Assembly (NCBI GenBank): GCA_951406725.2
Contig: OX597838.1
Location: forward strand, 26,412,001-26,476,000
Direction of reading: 5' to 3'
Length of the DNA: 64,000 nucleotides
DNA from: Octopus vulgaris
Lineage: Eukaryota
Part shown: positions 15,053 to 29,619 of the stretch, one piece after another
Position numbering within the stretch: the stretch's first letter is position 1
Layout of the letters: every line of letters begins with the position of its first letter
The notes under the pieces: model-generated
Database searches by the model: none
What the model saw: the letters and a program-made list of their open reading frames with translations, nothing else
Told to the model about the DNA's origin: nothing
Made by a program: the position numbers and the translations under genes

Positions 15053-15458
15053 TATTCCTCTCTCAGATTCACACACATATTACGGCAGCCCTGTGAAAGA
15101 ACTCGGAAGGCTGGGCCTCCAACTAGGCCTTTCGCGACACCCTGAAGGCCAAGAAGTTTTTCAGCACTCCCTCATATCAGTCTAAAGAAATACTCGCGTC
15201 TATTTAATCGCTTGTTTTCTCTTTCTCTGAAAAAAAAGTTAAAAAATACAGAGTGGGGCAAAATAAATTCAACACGCTCCGGATCGTCAAAGACATGCAT
15301 TACTTTTTCGAAAATTGTGCTGCGCCGAATTCGTCAGTGAACAGGTCGCGGTCTCAAAGCGACGAAAATATTTTGGCAAATAAAATTTAAATATTGAAGT
15401 GAATCTAGCGGTTTTTGTGTGTTTTTAAATGGCTTATAAACACCTTCCACACTGCAAT

Positions 15459-15553
<95 letters not shown>

Positions 15554-15784
15554 ACGGGCTTCTTTCAGTTTTTGTCTACCATATCCACTCACAATGATTT
15601 GGTCGTCCCAAGGCTTATAGTAAGAGACACTTGCTCAAAGTGCCTCACATTGGGACTGAACCTGGAATCTTAGGGTTGGGGAACAAACCTTTTACCACAC
15701 AGCCACGCCTGCGCCTATATGTCGTCGCACTATTAGTTACTAGATATATTTAAGTTTTATTAATTTTTTGCGTCTGCATAAGGA

Positions 15785-16224
15785 TTCGTCGAGGATGTAT
15801 CATTCGAATATTCAATCAATCCCTGGCATCCAAACTGATTTCCATTTGGAAAATATGCTCCAGTAACAAACACGGTAAACGCCCGAGGATAACAGAGCAG
15901 CGTAGCAAGATGAATGTAGGACTGTGGTAAGCATCATCCTCGCCATACCGATACAGCCAATAGCTAAACTGGATTAGCCAATGGAAATGGATTGGCTTAT
16001 AGATTTCGTCGAGGATGTATCATTCGAATATTCAATCACTCCCTGGCATCCAAACTGATTTCCATTTGAAAAATATGCTCCAGTAACAAACACGGTAAAC
16101 GCCCGAGGATAACAGAGCAGCGTAGCAAGATGAATGTAGGACTGTGGTAAGCATCATCCTCGCCATACCGATACAGCCAATAGCTAAACTGGATTAGCCA
16201 GTGGAAATGGATTGGCTTATAGAT
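15785..16224 (+). repeat. Tandem duplication, 220-bp unit x2
   Basis: TTCGTCGAGGATGTATCATTCGAATATTC... at 15785 and 16005, nearly identical. Confidence 0.92.
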
Positions 16225-16611
16225 TATCTAACGAAAATAAGAGTCACCATGGCCTCATCAAGGAATACATCAATTGGAATATTTTGCGCAGTCACATGAA
16301 AGATCGAAGATGGCTTGAGAGTAGGGACTAATAATCTCGATCCAAATATACGTTTAAATACACTCTACGTTGCATATTGAGTACTGTTTTCCTTTTTAGT
16401 TTTCAAACGGTAATGTTTGTGTATATACATATGTTTGTGCCTATTGAGTGGATGTCAGAGTGCATTAAGGCTGGGGAATGACAAACATGAAATTATAGCG
16501 AGACAGATAGATAGATAGATAGATAGATAGATAAATAGATATAGATAGATAGATAGATAGATAGGTAGGTAGGTAGGTAGGTATGAAGGTAGGTAGGTAG
16601 ATAGGTATATA

Positions 16612-16684
<73 letters not shown>

Positions 16685-16795
16685 GTGTGTGTGTTTCTTT
16701 TGACCACTTCCGTCTTTTTAGTATGTGACCTCGTGAAGACTACCTGCTATTTTTTTTCCTCTGTCCTTCCGTCTCGGGATGTTTCTTTCTCCTAT

Positions 16796-16830
16796 GTTTC
16801 CGACGAAGAGCTCCGCTCGAAACGTCAAAC
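16796..16830 (+). ncRNA. Minimal type I hammerhead ribozyme motif (Penelope-like element type)
   Basis: GTTT / CCGACGA / A-GAGC-TCC-GCTC / GAAA / CGTC / AAAC: stem I GUUU:AAAC, stem II GAGC:GCUC, palindromic loopless stem III (ACGU), GUC triplet; U4 replaced by C. Confidence 0.6.
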
Positions 16831-16929
16831 CCTCCTTCTTCCCTTCTTTTCCTGAGCGTCCAATAATACTTTATTTGTTCCACATCCTTGCGTTGTTGTT
16901 TTTTTGTTTTTGTTTTCTTGTTTGGATTA

Positions 16930-16994
<65 letters not shown>

Positions 16995-17277
16995 GTATAT
17001 ACACATAAATATGAACCCTTCTTACTTCCTACGTATCAACAAAAAGTAGGCTTTCTTCCTATCTTGTTATTAGAGCAATGCAATGATAATTACTCAGAAG
17101 GCGTTTTATGAATACTAGGATGAAAGAGGACGGAATTCAGATAAGAATATGACATATCTTAATTTACAACCTCAATCAAAGCAGGGTTTTACATAAAAAT
17201 GTTTATAACAAAGTATGTACATACATCAGTTAGATAATCTGTTGTGTAAAAATGGTATAATGGTATAATGAAAGTAC

Positions 17278-17346
<69 letters not shown>

Positions 17347-17466
17347 CATATGTATATATATATATATACATATACAAATATATACATATACAGATATTTA
17401 CACACATATAGATATATAGATGTGTATATATATATATGCATCTATATATGTTTATATACATGTGTG

Positions 17467-17510
<44 letters not shown>

Positions 17511-17664
17511 CACACATGTATATAAACATATATAGATGCATATATATGTAGATATATATATATCCGTATATGTATATATATATACAAGTATGTATGTGTG
17601 TATGTCTATATATATACATATATATATATATACACATATATATACATATATATATATATGCATG

Positions 17665-17723
<59 letters not shown>

Positions 17724-18796
17724 TGCTGTGGTTTACGAGAGTAATTCATCTACATATATGCGGTCGTGTTATGCAGGGCCAATTGATGTACATGTTTATG
17801 TTTGTGCTCTACAAAGCCCACTTGAATAATCTGTATGATAATATTCGAAAATATTTTCTTGCTTGTAAAGTCAAAATGTTTACGAGCAGATAATTGACAG
17901 CAGTAAAGATAGACGTATATTCTACGCGTGCTTTTAAATTGATAGAATATATTCTGTCGCGACTAGACAAGGCTAATGTCTAGCTAAGGGAGAGAAAAAG
18001 TAGTGGAATAATGTATATTTCTTTACTACCCACAATAGAGGCTAAACACAGAGGGGACAAACAAGGACAGACAAACAGATTAAGTCGCTGACCTATACAG
18101 TGAGTGGAATTTAGCTGTTGGAATCTTAAAAAAGATGATACTAGTTACGCACTGGGGTCGATGTAATCGACTTAATCCCCTCGTTTGTCCCCTCTGTGTT
18201 TAGCCCCCTGTGGGCAATAAAGAAATAAATATACACGTGTCAACTGTGTTATCTTCTTTATCGTACCCTATTTTGGGGGAGGAGATACCAGTCGATTATA
18301 TCGACCCCAGTGCGTAACTGGTACTTAATTTATCGACCCCGAAAGGATGAAAAGCAAAGTCGACTTCGGCGGAATTTGAACTCAGAACGTAACGGCAGAC
18401 GAAATACGGCCACGCATTTCGCCCGACGTGCTAACGTTTCTGCCAATAATATAGCTTGCATGTAGCTACCGATGAAAAAAAACCTGAGGCGAGAAGAGCG
18501 GGAAAACGTGAGATCTTTTTAAATAGCGAGGAAAGAGAGAAGCCAAGCGAGCGAAAAATCGTAGGTTCTTTTAAAAACAATACTAGTCTCTGATTGGCTA
18601 AAATTTGTTTGGTAAAAACTACACACGTAACAGCGAAACTAAAATGTCATCTGCATAAGATCGAGACATAAGCCTCGTTGTAGATTACTGACAAAACAGT
18701 AATCGATTAAGAATAATATGAAATAGAAATAACGAAAAGCAGTGAACAATATGAAATAAAAATAACAAAAACCAACGGACTGATATATAATTCCAT

Positions 18797-18990
18797 GTGG
18801 AGGCGCAATGGCCCAGTGGTTAGGGCAGCGGACTCGCGGTCATAGGATCGCGGTTTCGATTCCCAGACCGGGCGTTGTGAGTGTTTATTGAGCGAAAACA
18901 CCTAAAAGCTCCACGAGGCTCCGGCAGGGGATGGTGGTGATCCCTGCTGTACTCTTTCACCACAACTTTCTCTTACTCTTACTTCCTTAG
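18797..18990 (+). mobile_element. tRNA-derived SINE family C, truncated; a longer copy is at about 60695-61075(-)
   Basis: GGAGGCGCAATGGCCCAGTGGTTAGGGCAGCGGACTCGCGGTC..GGTTTCGATTCC tRNA-like head followed by a non-tRNA body. Confidence 0.8.
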
Positions 18991-19892
18991 GCGGGTCAGG
19001 TATTCCTCGTCGACGTCCAGGTTCGCCCCGAGCTCGTCGCCGTACCTCCCCTCCACTAATCCTCTATAGAATGCTTTGGTTTTGTTGGAGTCACATATTT
19101 CCCTGGTGTCCATGCATCATACATAATACGCGTTCGCAATTTGTTTCACCTATCAAAATAACTTTGGACTCATTACTCTTTACTCTTTTACCCTTTTACT
19201 TGTTTCAGTCATTTGACTGTGGCCATGCTGGAGCACCGCCTTTTAGTCGAGCAAATCGACCCCAGGACTTATTCTTTGTAAGCCTAGTACTTATTCTGTC
19301 GGTCTCTTTTGCCGAACCGCTAAGTTACGGTGACGTAAACACATCAGCATCGGTTGTCAAGCGATGTTGGGGGGTCAAACACAGACACACAAACATACAC
19401 ACACACACACACATATATATATACATATATACGACGGGCTTCTTTCAGTTTCCGTCTACCAAATCCACTCACAAGGCTTTGGTGGGCCCGAGGCTATAGT
19501 AGAAGACACTTGCTCAAGGTGCCCCGCAGTGAGACTGAACCCGGGGCCATGTGGTTGGTAAACAAGCTACTTACCACACAGCCATTCCTACGCCTATTAT
19601 TAAAAGAAAGCTTTTATATTACTCATGTATGAAACAAGGGCTAAGTCTGAAAACAAGTATGAACGTTTAGGACAAGGTTATGAAAATTCTTTGAACAACA
19701 AAAGAGTTAAAGATCATAGGATGTAATTCAAGAGATACATTTGACTGTTATTTCTAGCATATCGAGCGATCACAAAGAGGCTCCTTCATTGGTAGACAAG
19801 TAGTGTATCCACTTGTATTGTCACCTACAGATTTTCTTGTTCCGACTGTTTTAAGATTTATTTTTGAACTGTAGGCTATGTAAACATTCATA

Positions 19893-19911
19893 ACATACAT
19901 ACATACATACA

Positions 19912-19961
<50 letters not shown>

Positions 19962-19979
19962 CATACATACATACATACA

Positions 19980-20025
<46 letters not shown>

Positions 20026-20387
20026 CATACATACATACATACATACATACATGCATACACACACACAAGCATGCACACACACACACATACATACATACAT
20101 ACATACATACATACACACACACACACGCATACATACATACACACATACATACATACATACACATCATACATACATACATACATACATATATGCATGCATA
20201 CATACATACATACATACATACACACACACATACATACATACATACATACATACATACATACACACACACATACATACATACATACATACATACATACACA
20301 CATACATACATACATACACATACATACATACATACATACATACATACATACATACATACACACACACATACACACACACATACACAC

Positions 20388-20418
<31 letters not shown>

Positions 20419-20539
20419 TACATACATACATACATACATACATACATACATACATACACACACACATACACACACACATACATACATACATACATACACA
20501 CACACATACATACATACATACATACACACACACATACAT

Positions 20540-20572
<33 letters not shown>

Positions 20573-20612
20573 TACATACATACACACACGCATACATACA
20601 TACATACATACA

Positions 20613-20642
<30 letters not shown>
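19893..20642. repeat. Compound (CATA)n/(CA)n microsatellite, about 750 bp
   Basis: Direct; source of the MYVC/HTYI pseudo-ORFs. Confidence 0.97.
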
Positions 20643-20643
<1 letters not shown>

Positions 20644-20644
20644 G

Positions 20645-20872
20645 TGAGGAATCGGTGTGTGTTTGTTAGCTAACTCCTCCTACATCGTTTTATTGATTTT
20701 GATGAAACTTGACACGTGACTAGAACTCATGTCTGGAAACCTCGTGACATACTTAGATTGTTGAAAAAAAAAATATGATACGGCCCCTAGAAATTGCTTT
20801 CTTATATCAGAGTAATAAGGTGTTTCAATAGAACATCTTTACCCCCGAGAATTACCGGGTACACCAGCTCGT
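20645..20872 (+). mobile_element. Non-autonomous Helitron/Helentron-like element
   Basis: AACTCCTCC..GATTTTGATGAAACTTG body; 3' hairpin CCCG-AGAATTAC-CGGG followed by GCTCGT (CTAGT-like end). Confidence 0.45.
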
Positions 20873-20898
20873 ACATACATATATACATTGCCGAGTAC

Positions 20899-20996
<98 letters not shown>

Positions 20997-21003
20997 TTAT
21001 ATA

Positions 21004-21060
<57 letters not shown>

Positions 21061-21159
21061 GATCTTTGGTAGCCTTATCAACTCACAAATAAAAGTACAT
21101 TTATCCACTAATGCAACGTTGAGCACTCATTCTCACAGTTCGATATTAGCGCGTATATA

Positions 21160-21350
<191 letters not shown>

Positions 21351-21351
21351 A

Positions 21352-21915
21352 ATCAACAAAACTGTGATGTCAGAGGTGCGAGAGCATAGGAGGAACCTAG
21401 TTTCGTGTGGTTAGACTACAAGAAAGCATTTGACTCTGTTCCCAACTCATGGATGCTAGAAGCCCTTCAACTTGCTAAAGCTTTAATGAGCACGGTCAAA
21501 GCCATAGCTGACCTGACTTCATCGTGGGCCACCATCTCGAAATTAAACACAAAGAGTAACTGTATTATCACTGATAGAACTCAGTATCGCAGAGGCATAT
21601 TCCAAGGGGACAGCCTCGGAGGAACCTAGTTTCGTGTGGTTAGACTACAAGAAAGCCTTTGACTCTGTTCCCAACTCATGGATGCTAGAAGCCCTTCAAC
21701 TTGCTGAAGCTTTAATGAGCACGGTCAAAGCTATAGCTGACCTGACTTCATCGTGGGCCACCATCTCGAAATTAAACACGAAGAGTAACTGTATTATCAC
21801 TGATAGAACTCAGTATCGCAGAGGCATATTCCAAGGGGACAGCCTCTCTGTGATGTTGTTCAGGCTTTCTGTAAACCACCAGAGCACATGCTATAAGAAA
21901 GTCGGCTACTTCTAA
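21352..21915 (+). mobile_element. R4/Dong-like non-LTR reverse transcriptase fragment with a 229-bp internal tandem duplication
   Basis: [15 protein letters not shown]...RRGIFQGDSL(S) occurs twice; units start at 21389 and 21618. Confidence 0.85.
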
Positions 21916-22325
21916 ATTGAAACCACGACGGACGGAGGAGATGGCCTTGAAGTCGACGATTATAAACTAATGGATATAACATTCACATATCGCCTGAGGA
22001 AACACAACTAGATCTCATTATGCAAAGAAAAAGTTGTATAATCGAGTACCTGTATTCTTGGGGAACTACATTGTGTAAAAACAATTGTAGCGATTAAAGA
22101 ATAAATTTCCAACCGCACTCCTTGTTGACTCCATTTTCTTCAATTATATATGCGTGTGTGTGTGTGTGTGTGTATCTATGTAGATATGTATGATGTATGT
22201 ATGTATATGTATGTATATATATATATGTGTATGTATGTATATATGTATACATATATATGTGTGTATGTATGTGTGTATATATTTAAATACATACATGTGC
22301 GATATGGTTAGAGATGTATATACGG

Positions 22326-22382
<57 letters not shown>

Positions 22383-22885
22383 CTTTCATATTAATACTGA
22401 GAGGTGTACACATATGCATATATACATATACTTACATGTATACATATACACACACACACACACACATATATATATACATATATATTTATATATATATATA
22501 TATATATATAAATATATATGTATATGCATACATGTATGTACATATACATACATTTATACGTACCTATTTACAGACGTACCACACTATATATATGGATATA
22601 GATATTAGATATTCATACACTCATCTATATATACATATATGTTTATACACGTACACACGCACTTATACAAGCACCTAAATAAATGTATATACACTCACAC
22701 TTAGTGTATATATGTATATACACACGCGCGCGCTTACACACAGACACACACACAAACACATATCTTTTATCAATTATTCGCTTTGATCATTAGGTCGTGA
22801 CCATGCTGGAGCAGAGCCTTATATATAAACATACATGTGTGTGTAGGTGTATATACTTACATATATATATTTACATATATATATG

Positions 22886-22933
<48 letters not shown>

Positions 22934-23247
22934 TATATACTTATACATATATATATGCTTATATATGCATATATATACATACATATATATATATATATAT
23001 ACATACACATATATATATACATATATTTACATGCATATATATACGCATCTAAATGTATATATATATACACACACATATATATATATTCATATATATACAT
23101 ATATATACATATATATATATATATACAAAACATATACATATATATATATATACATACATACAAAACATATACATATATATATATACATACATACAAAACA
23201 TATACATATATATATACATACATATATACATATATATATATATACAT

Positions 23248-23306
<59 letters not shown>

Positions 23307-23501
23307 CCACACACATATGCACATATACATATCATGGGAGCTTCAAGTGTTTACCCCACCCAGTTGGTAATTACAACACCATTAACGCAACATTAAGCAT
23401 GATTTATTGCCGTACAGTAACGATGTTATAATTAAGTACAACAACTGATATATATTTTGACACTCGCCACAGACATGCAAAAATGTATACAGACGCACGC
23501 G

Positions 23502-23549
<48 letters not shown>

Positions 23550-23675
23550 TATATATTTACTTAGGTGCAAATGCAAAGAAAAATAATACACACGAATATA
23601 GACGCCTAATATATAGCATTGCAAGCTTTGCACATTCATGTGTGTGAATATATGTGTGTATATATGTATATATCT

Positions 23676-23728
<53 letters not shown>

Positions 23729-24449
23729 CTTATATATGTGTGCATATATATATATATACATATACACACATACATAGATATATATATATATATATACACA
23801 CATATATATATACATAGTTATATATGTGTGTGTATATATATACATATACACTCACACATATATATATATATATATCGCAATAAACGTTTATATGTGTGTG
23901 TATTTATGTTTGTAAACATAGACGCATACACACGTACACACACACACACACACACACATTCCATAACCATGATTGTTCTCTGTTGCAACAAAACAGCATC
24001 GAAATCATCACAACAACAAGACGATGTACTCGCTTGTCGACATCTTACACCGACTCGCGGCATCGCATTTACAAAACAAGAAAATGGATATACCTATACA
24101 TATGAGAATTTATGGCTTTGATGGCATTTTAAAAATGCATTAGAGGCGTAAATAAAGTGAAAAGGCTGCCGCATGGGATCGAAAACTGACGCTTGGTGTC
24201 TCAACTTTGCATTTGACGATTGATAACAGCCATTTTTTTTTTCTTTTGAAGAGAGTTTGTCCATATTTCATCCTGTGATGCAACTAGAAATCTCATCAAC
24301 GATGCTTCCTCGGGGTCCTTAGATAGATGCTTCGGGTCTTTTTCAACATCAGACACCTTTACCCAGGAAACCCAACCGGTGGTAGATCAAACCCCAGATT
24401 GAGTCCAATTAACAGTACCCCTAATATATGAATAGATATAGTCATATAT

Positions 24450-24490
<41 letters not shown>

Positions 24491-24517
24491 GGATAGATAG
24501 GTAGATAGGTAGGTAGG

Positions 24518-24568
<51 letters not shown>

Positions 24569-24601
24569 GTAGGTAGATAGATAGATAGATAGATAGGTAG
24601 G

Positions 24602-24644
<43 letters not shown>

Positions 24645-24846
24645 GTATGTATCGCGTATTCTTACCCAAGATAAAGACGAGTACCACCGATCCAGTGTGG
24701 TAAGCTTGATAATTGCATATGATTCTAGTCATGAAACCATTGGTAGCCTTATCAACTCACAAATAAAAGTACATTTATCCACTAATGCAGCGTTGAGCAC
24801 TCATTCTCACAGTTCGATATTAGCGCGTATATATGTGTATATATTA

Positions 24847-24895
<49 letters not shown>

Positions 24896-24897
<2 letters not shown>

Positions 24898-25110
24898 AGC
24901 AGGTAGACAGCCGACAACTAATGAAGGGTCCTTTTTCTGTGTTAACTTATCCTCTTTTCCTTTTTTTCTCGTTGTTTACGTATTTCATGTTATTTTCATC
25001 GTTGGTGACGTCCTGTACCAATATATAAACAACGAGAGAAAAAAAGGAAAAGAGGATAAGTTAACCCAGAAAAAGGACCCTTCATTAGTTGTCGGCTGTC
25101 TATCTGCTCC
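24896..25110. repeat. Inverted repeat, about 84-bp arms with a 47-bp spacer, between (TA)n tracts
   Basis: GGAGCAGGTAGACAGCCGACAACTAATGAAGGGTCC.. is the reverse complement of ..GGACCCTTCATTAGTTGTCGGCTGTCTATCTGCTCC. Confidence 0.92.
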
Positions 25111-25164
25111 TCATTTCGAGCATTTAACGACATATATATAGTATTATTTTTAATAATAAATAAA

Positions 25165-25411
25165 TAATAAATGCGCCCTTTTAAAGCCTAGCCAGGCTCA
25201 TGGGCCCGGTTTCAATGGCGTATGTGTTCGCCAGCTGGACGGGACGCCAGTCCATCGCAGCGTTACTCATTTTTGCCAGCTGAGTAGACTGGAGTAACGT
25301 GAAATGAAGTGTTTTGCTTAAGAACACAACGCGTCGCCCAGTCCAGGAATCGAAACCACAATCTTACGATCATGATGCTGACACCCTAACCACTAAGCCA
25401 CGCGCCTCCAC
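25165..25411 (-). mobile_element. tRNA-derived SINE (further family)
   Basis: Minus-strand head TGTGGAGGCGCGTGGCTTAGTGGTTAGGG..GGTTTCGATTCC. Confidence 0.75.
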
Positions 25412-25436
25412 ATGTTTAATAATAATGATAATAATG

Positions 25437-25863
25437 ATCCTTTCTACTAAAGGCACAAGACCTGAAATTTCAAGGGTTGGTGCTTACATCGACCCCAGTG
25501 TCTAACTGGCACTTATGTTATCGACCCCGAAAGGATGAAAGGTGAAGTCGACCTCAGTGGAATTCGAACTCATAACGTAAAAACGGACGAAATGCTGTTA
25601 AGCACCTTGCCCAGCGTGCTAACGCTTCAGCCAGGCGTACAATCCTCTAATAATCCTTTCTACTAAAGGCACAAGACCTGAAATTTCAAGGGTTGGTGCT
25701 TACATCGACCCCAGTGTCTAACTGGCACTTATGTTATCGACCCCGAAAGGATGAAAGGTGAAGTCGACCTTAGTGGAATTCGAACTAATAACGTAAAAAC
25801 GGACGAAATGCTGTTAAGCACCTTGCCCAGCGTGCTAACGCTTCTGCCAGGCGTACAGTCCTC
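25437..25863 (-). repeat. Tandem duplication of a SINE B copy, 216-bp unit x2
   Basis: ATCCTTTCTACTAAAGGCACAAGACC.. at 25437 and 25653. Confidence 0.9.
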
Positions 25864-26678
25864 CATGGCAGCTAATTTTTTCTCAGTCATAACTTTGAAG
25901 TTTATGCTTTCCAACACTGTTGGCTATTTACCAAAACAGCAAACAGTTCCTGAGAAAAGGAGACGTAAAAACATCGTAACTAGTATCATTTTTTAAAGAT
26001 TCCAACAGCTAAATTCCACTCACTGTATAGGTCAGCGCCAGACCCGGATCTAGATATAGTGGGGCCCTTAAGCCAATAGGTTTTAGGGGACACCTACGAT
26101 TTTGTTAATTCAAAACAATTAAAAGCGCAAGAAGGCTCCATTCAGACTCATTTAAGCGGCCTTAAGGGTTTGTCCAGCACCAACACTTAAAAGGGCCTTT
26201 GTAGATTCGGAGAGGCTGAGATAAATTTAATGGTCCCTTTCTGAATCTGAAAGGGAGCGCAATAAGTTATTAGTTATTTTCCTTTTAAGACTGGTATTTA
26301 TTCTATCGCTCTCTTTTGCCGAGCCGCTACGTTGCGGGGACGTAGACAAACCAATACCGGCACCATGTGGTTGAGAAGCAAACCTCTTGTTATACAGCCG
26401 CGCTATGTATATGTTGTTGATGCCATAAGAATTTAGAAACTTCAAGAGAGCACGACATAATTTTTTTTTAACCCAATATTCACACGCTAATGTTTATAGT
26501 TTTATCTGCTTCGAGTGTTTTCGTTCCAAAAAGAAATCATTTCTTAAAGATTCGAAGGATTTCCTTGGTCCCATGGTACATCGCCTGTCACATTTAAGAC
26601 GTGAGTTCGTATCTCACGAACAGCCTTCGTCTTATTCTGCCCAAAAGATTTTCTTAACGCAATGTTTACACGCTATTA

Positions 26679-27205
26679 AGGCGGCGAGCTGGCAGAAAGG
26701 TTAGCACGCCGGGCGAAATGCTTAGCGGTATTACGTCTGTCTTTACGTTCTGAGTTAAAATTCTGCCAAGGTCGACTTTGCCTTTCATCCTTTCAGGGTA
26801 GATAAATTAAGTACCAGATACGCACTGGGGTCGATATAATCGACTTAATCCGTCTGTCTGTCCTTGTTTGTCTCCTTGTGGGTAATAATGAAATAGAAAT
26901 AGGTATTTCGTCTGTCTTTACGTTCTTAGTTCAAATTTCAGCGAGGTCGACTTTGCCTTTCATCCTTTCGGGGTCGATTAAATAAGTACCAGTTACACAC
27001 TGGGGTCGATGTAATCAACTTAATTCGTTTGTCTGTCCTTGTTTGTCCTCTCTGTGTTTAGTCCCTTGTGGGTAGTAAAGAAATAGGTATTTCATCTGTC
27101 TTTACGTTCTTAGTTCAAATTCCACCGAGGTCGACTTTGCCTTTCATCCTTTCGGGCTCGATAAATTAAGTACCAGTTACGCACTGGGGTCGATATAATC
27201 GACTG
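26679..27205 (+). mobile_element. Head-to-tail multimer of SINE B (3 units)
   Basis: GGCGGCGAGCTGGCAGAA head, then GGTATTT...GTTCAAATT...GCCTTTCATCC units restarting at about 26900 and 27085. Confidence 0.85.
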
Positions 27206-27412
27206 GTATCTCCTCCCCCAAAATAGGGTACGATAAAGAAGATAACACAGTTGACACGTGTATATTTATTTCTTTATTGCCCACAGGGGGCTAAACACAG
27301 AGGGGACAAACGACGGGATTAAGTCGATTACATCGACCCCAGTGCATAACTAGTATCATTTTTTTTTTAAAGATTCCAACAGCTAAATTCCACTCACTGT
27401 ATAGGTCAGCGC

Positions 27413-27866
27413 CAGACCCGGATCTAGACATAGTGGGGCCCTTAAGCCAATAGGTTTTAGGGGACACCTACGATTTTGTTAATTCAAAACAATTAAAAGC
27501 GCAAGAAGGCTCCATTCAGACTTATTTAAGTGGCCTAAAGGGTTTGTCCAGCACCAAAATTTAAAAGGGCCTTTGTAGATTCGGAGAGGCTCAGATAAAT
27601 TTAATGGTCCCTTTCTGAATCTGAAAGGGAGCAAAAAATCAAAAGGGGGCGCAATAATTAAAATCAAACATCCACACAATTTTAAAAAATTATATAAGTA
27701 AAAAAATAGTAAATATTTTATTTGATTGCCGTAAATATATTTAAAAAAAATTTAACATCAAGCTTTAAGATTCTCTGAGTTAACTGGCCCCACTACACAC
27801 ACACACAATGCCTGTGGGCCGCCCCTAGGCCATGGCTGTATTGTCCCAGGTATAAATCCGGCCCAG
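27413..27866. mobile_element. hAT-type MITE
   Basis: Imperfect TIRs CAGACCCGGATCTA / TAAATCCGGCCCAG; 8-bp TSD-like flanks GTCAGCGC / GTCAACCC. Confidence 0.6.
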
Positions 27867-29385
27867 GTCAACCCGTGGCTCTGATAAAGAGCACTTACTA
27901 AAAGTTTTCTAGTGAAGTGTCGAACCAAGCGGTTGCGTTGCGATCTCCCAATCACACAAATCAGTGAGGAAGCCGCTGTCATGCACCTCAGGAATCCCCA
28001 ACCACCGGGCCGCAGATAATTTGATACGGGGCCGCACAGAAACAATAAATTTTAAAATTTTATTCACTATCACAATCACTAATGTTCTTTCTGCTTTAAA
28101 TAAGTTTTATATCTCTTGCGTTTTACTTGCTTAAATCATTAGAATGCGGCCATGCTGGGGCACCGCCTTGAGGAATGTTTAGCCGAATAAATCGCCACCA
28201 GTATTAGTTATTTTCCTTTTAAGACTGGTATTTATTCTATCGCTCTCTTTTGCCGAGCCGCTACGTTGCAGGGACGTAAACAAACCAACACCGGCACCAT
28301 GTGGTTGAGAAGCAAACCTCTTGTCACACAGCCGCGCTATGTTGTTATTAAATTATGTAATATACATTTTAATGTGTTTTGTTAAACGCATGATCCTTCG
28401 GACCGTGTTGCATGAAACCGACCCACGGTGCAAAAAATGGTTTGGGACCCGCTGATCGAATTCAATCAACTTTTATGTTAGAATGATGTAAATATTGATT
28501 TCAAATTTTCGCACAAAGCCAACAATTTCGGGGGAGGGGTTAAGCCGATTACATCGACCCTAGTGTTCAATTTCTACTTATTTTATCGACCCCGAAAGGA
28601 TGGAAAGCGAAGTCGACCTCGGCGGAATTTGAACTCAGAACGGGCGAAATACTGCTAAGCGTTTTGCCCGACGTGCTAACGATTCTGCCAGCTCATCCCC
28701 GTTGAAGTAACGTAAATAAGGTGGATAACAGGGGAGGCAACCCCCATTATTAACAGTAACTCTTTCTTTGCAGTAACAGATTTATTTCCCTTGTTAAATT
28801 TGCCATTTTACGTTGGTGTATATGTGATTTGTAGTTTACTTTCGTATTGCAAATCCAGAACAGCTTCAAACGTTGGATATACACGTTCAAATCGAGTCGC
28901 AACGTGTTTAGGGCGTCTTTAGCGACGAAAGTGAAGAGGAAATAGGCGAAAGACACACATCCACCTATAAAGATGCATGTATTTGCACACACATTTATAT
29001 AATACATACGTTACACAGTATATACAAAACTGTACTATTATTCATATGTATGTATACATATATTAAAACGTATATATTACGAGCGTGTATATACATAGGC
29101 ATATAAACATACAAATAAATATATACATTCTTTTATTCTTTTACTTGTTTCAGTAATTTCACTGCGGCAATGCTGGAGCACCACCTTTAGTCGAACAAAT
29201 CGACCCCAAAACTTATTCTTTGTAAGCCTAGTACTTATACTATCGGTCACTTTTGCCGAACTGCTAAGTAACGGGGACGTAAACACACCAGCATCGGTTG
29301 TCAAGTTATGTTGGGGGGACAAACACAGACACACAAACGTACACACACACACACACACACACTTATATATATATATATATATATG

Positions 29386-29417
<32 letters not shown>

Positions 29418-29619
29418 CGACGGGCTTCTTTCAGTTTCCGTCTACCAAATCCACTGACAAGGCTTTGTCGGCCTAAGGCTATAATAGATATACTTACGCG
29501 TGTGTGTGTATGTGTGCGTCCATGTGTGTGTGTGCGCGTGTGTTTCTTTGTGTGTGTGTGTGTGTGTGTGTGTCTGTGTGTGAACTCACACGCAATTAAG
29601 TGGACGAACAAAAGAAAGC

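Noticed and set aside
16170-16300. piggyBac-like DEAMV motif on the minus strand
   Set aside because: Single short motif with a degenerate context; insufficient to call.
18797-18870. tRNA gene
   Set aside because: The tRNA-like head continues into a SINE body with another copy near 61000; no proper acceptor stem or terminator.
24251-24401. Possible plus-strand exon after a poly-T AG (EFVHISSCDATRNL...)
   Set aside because: No recognisable protein similarity and no partner exons.
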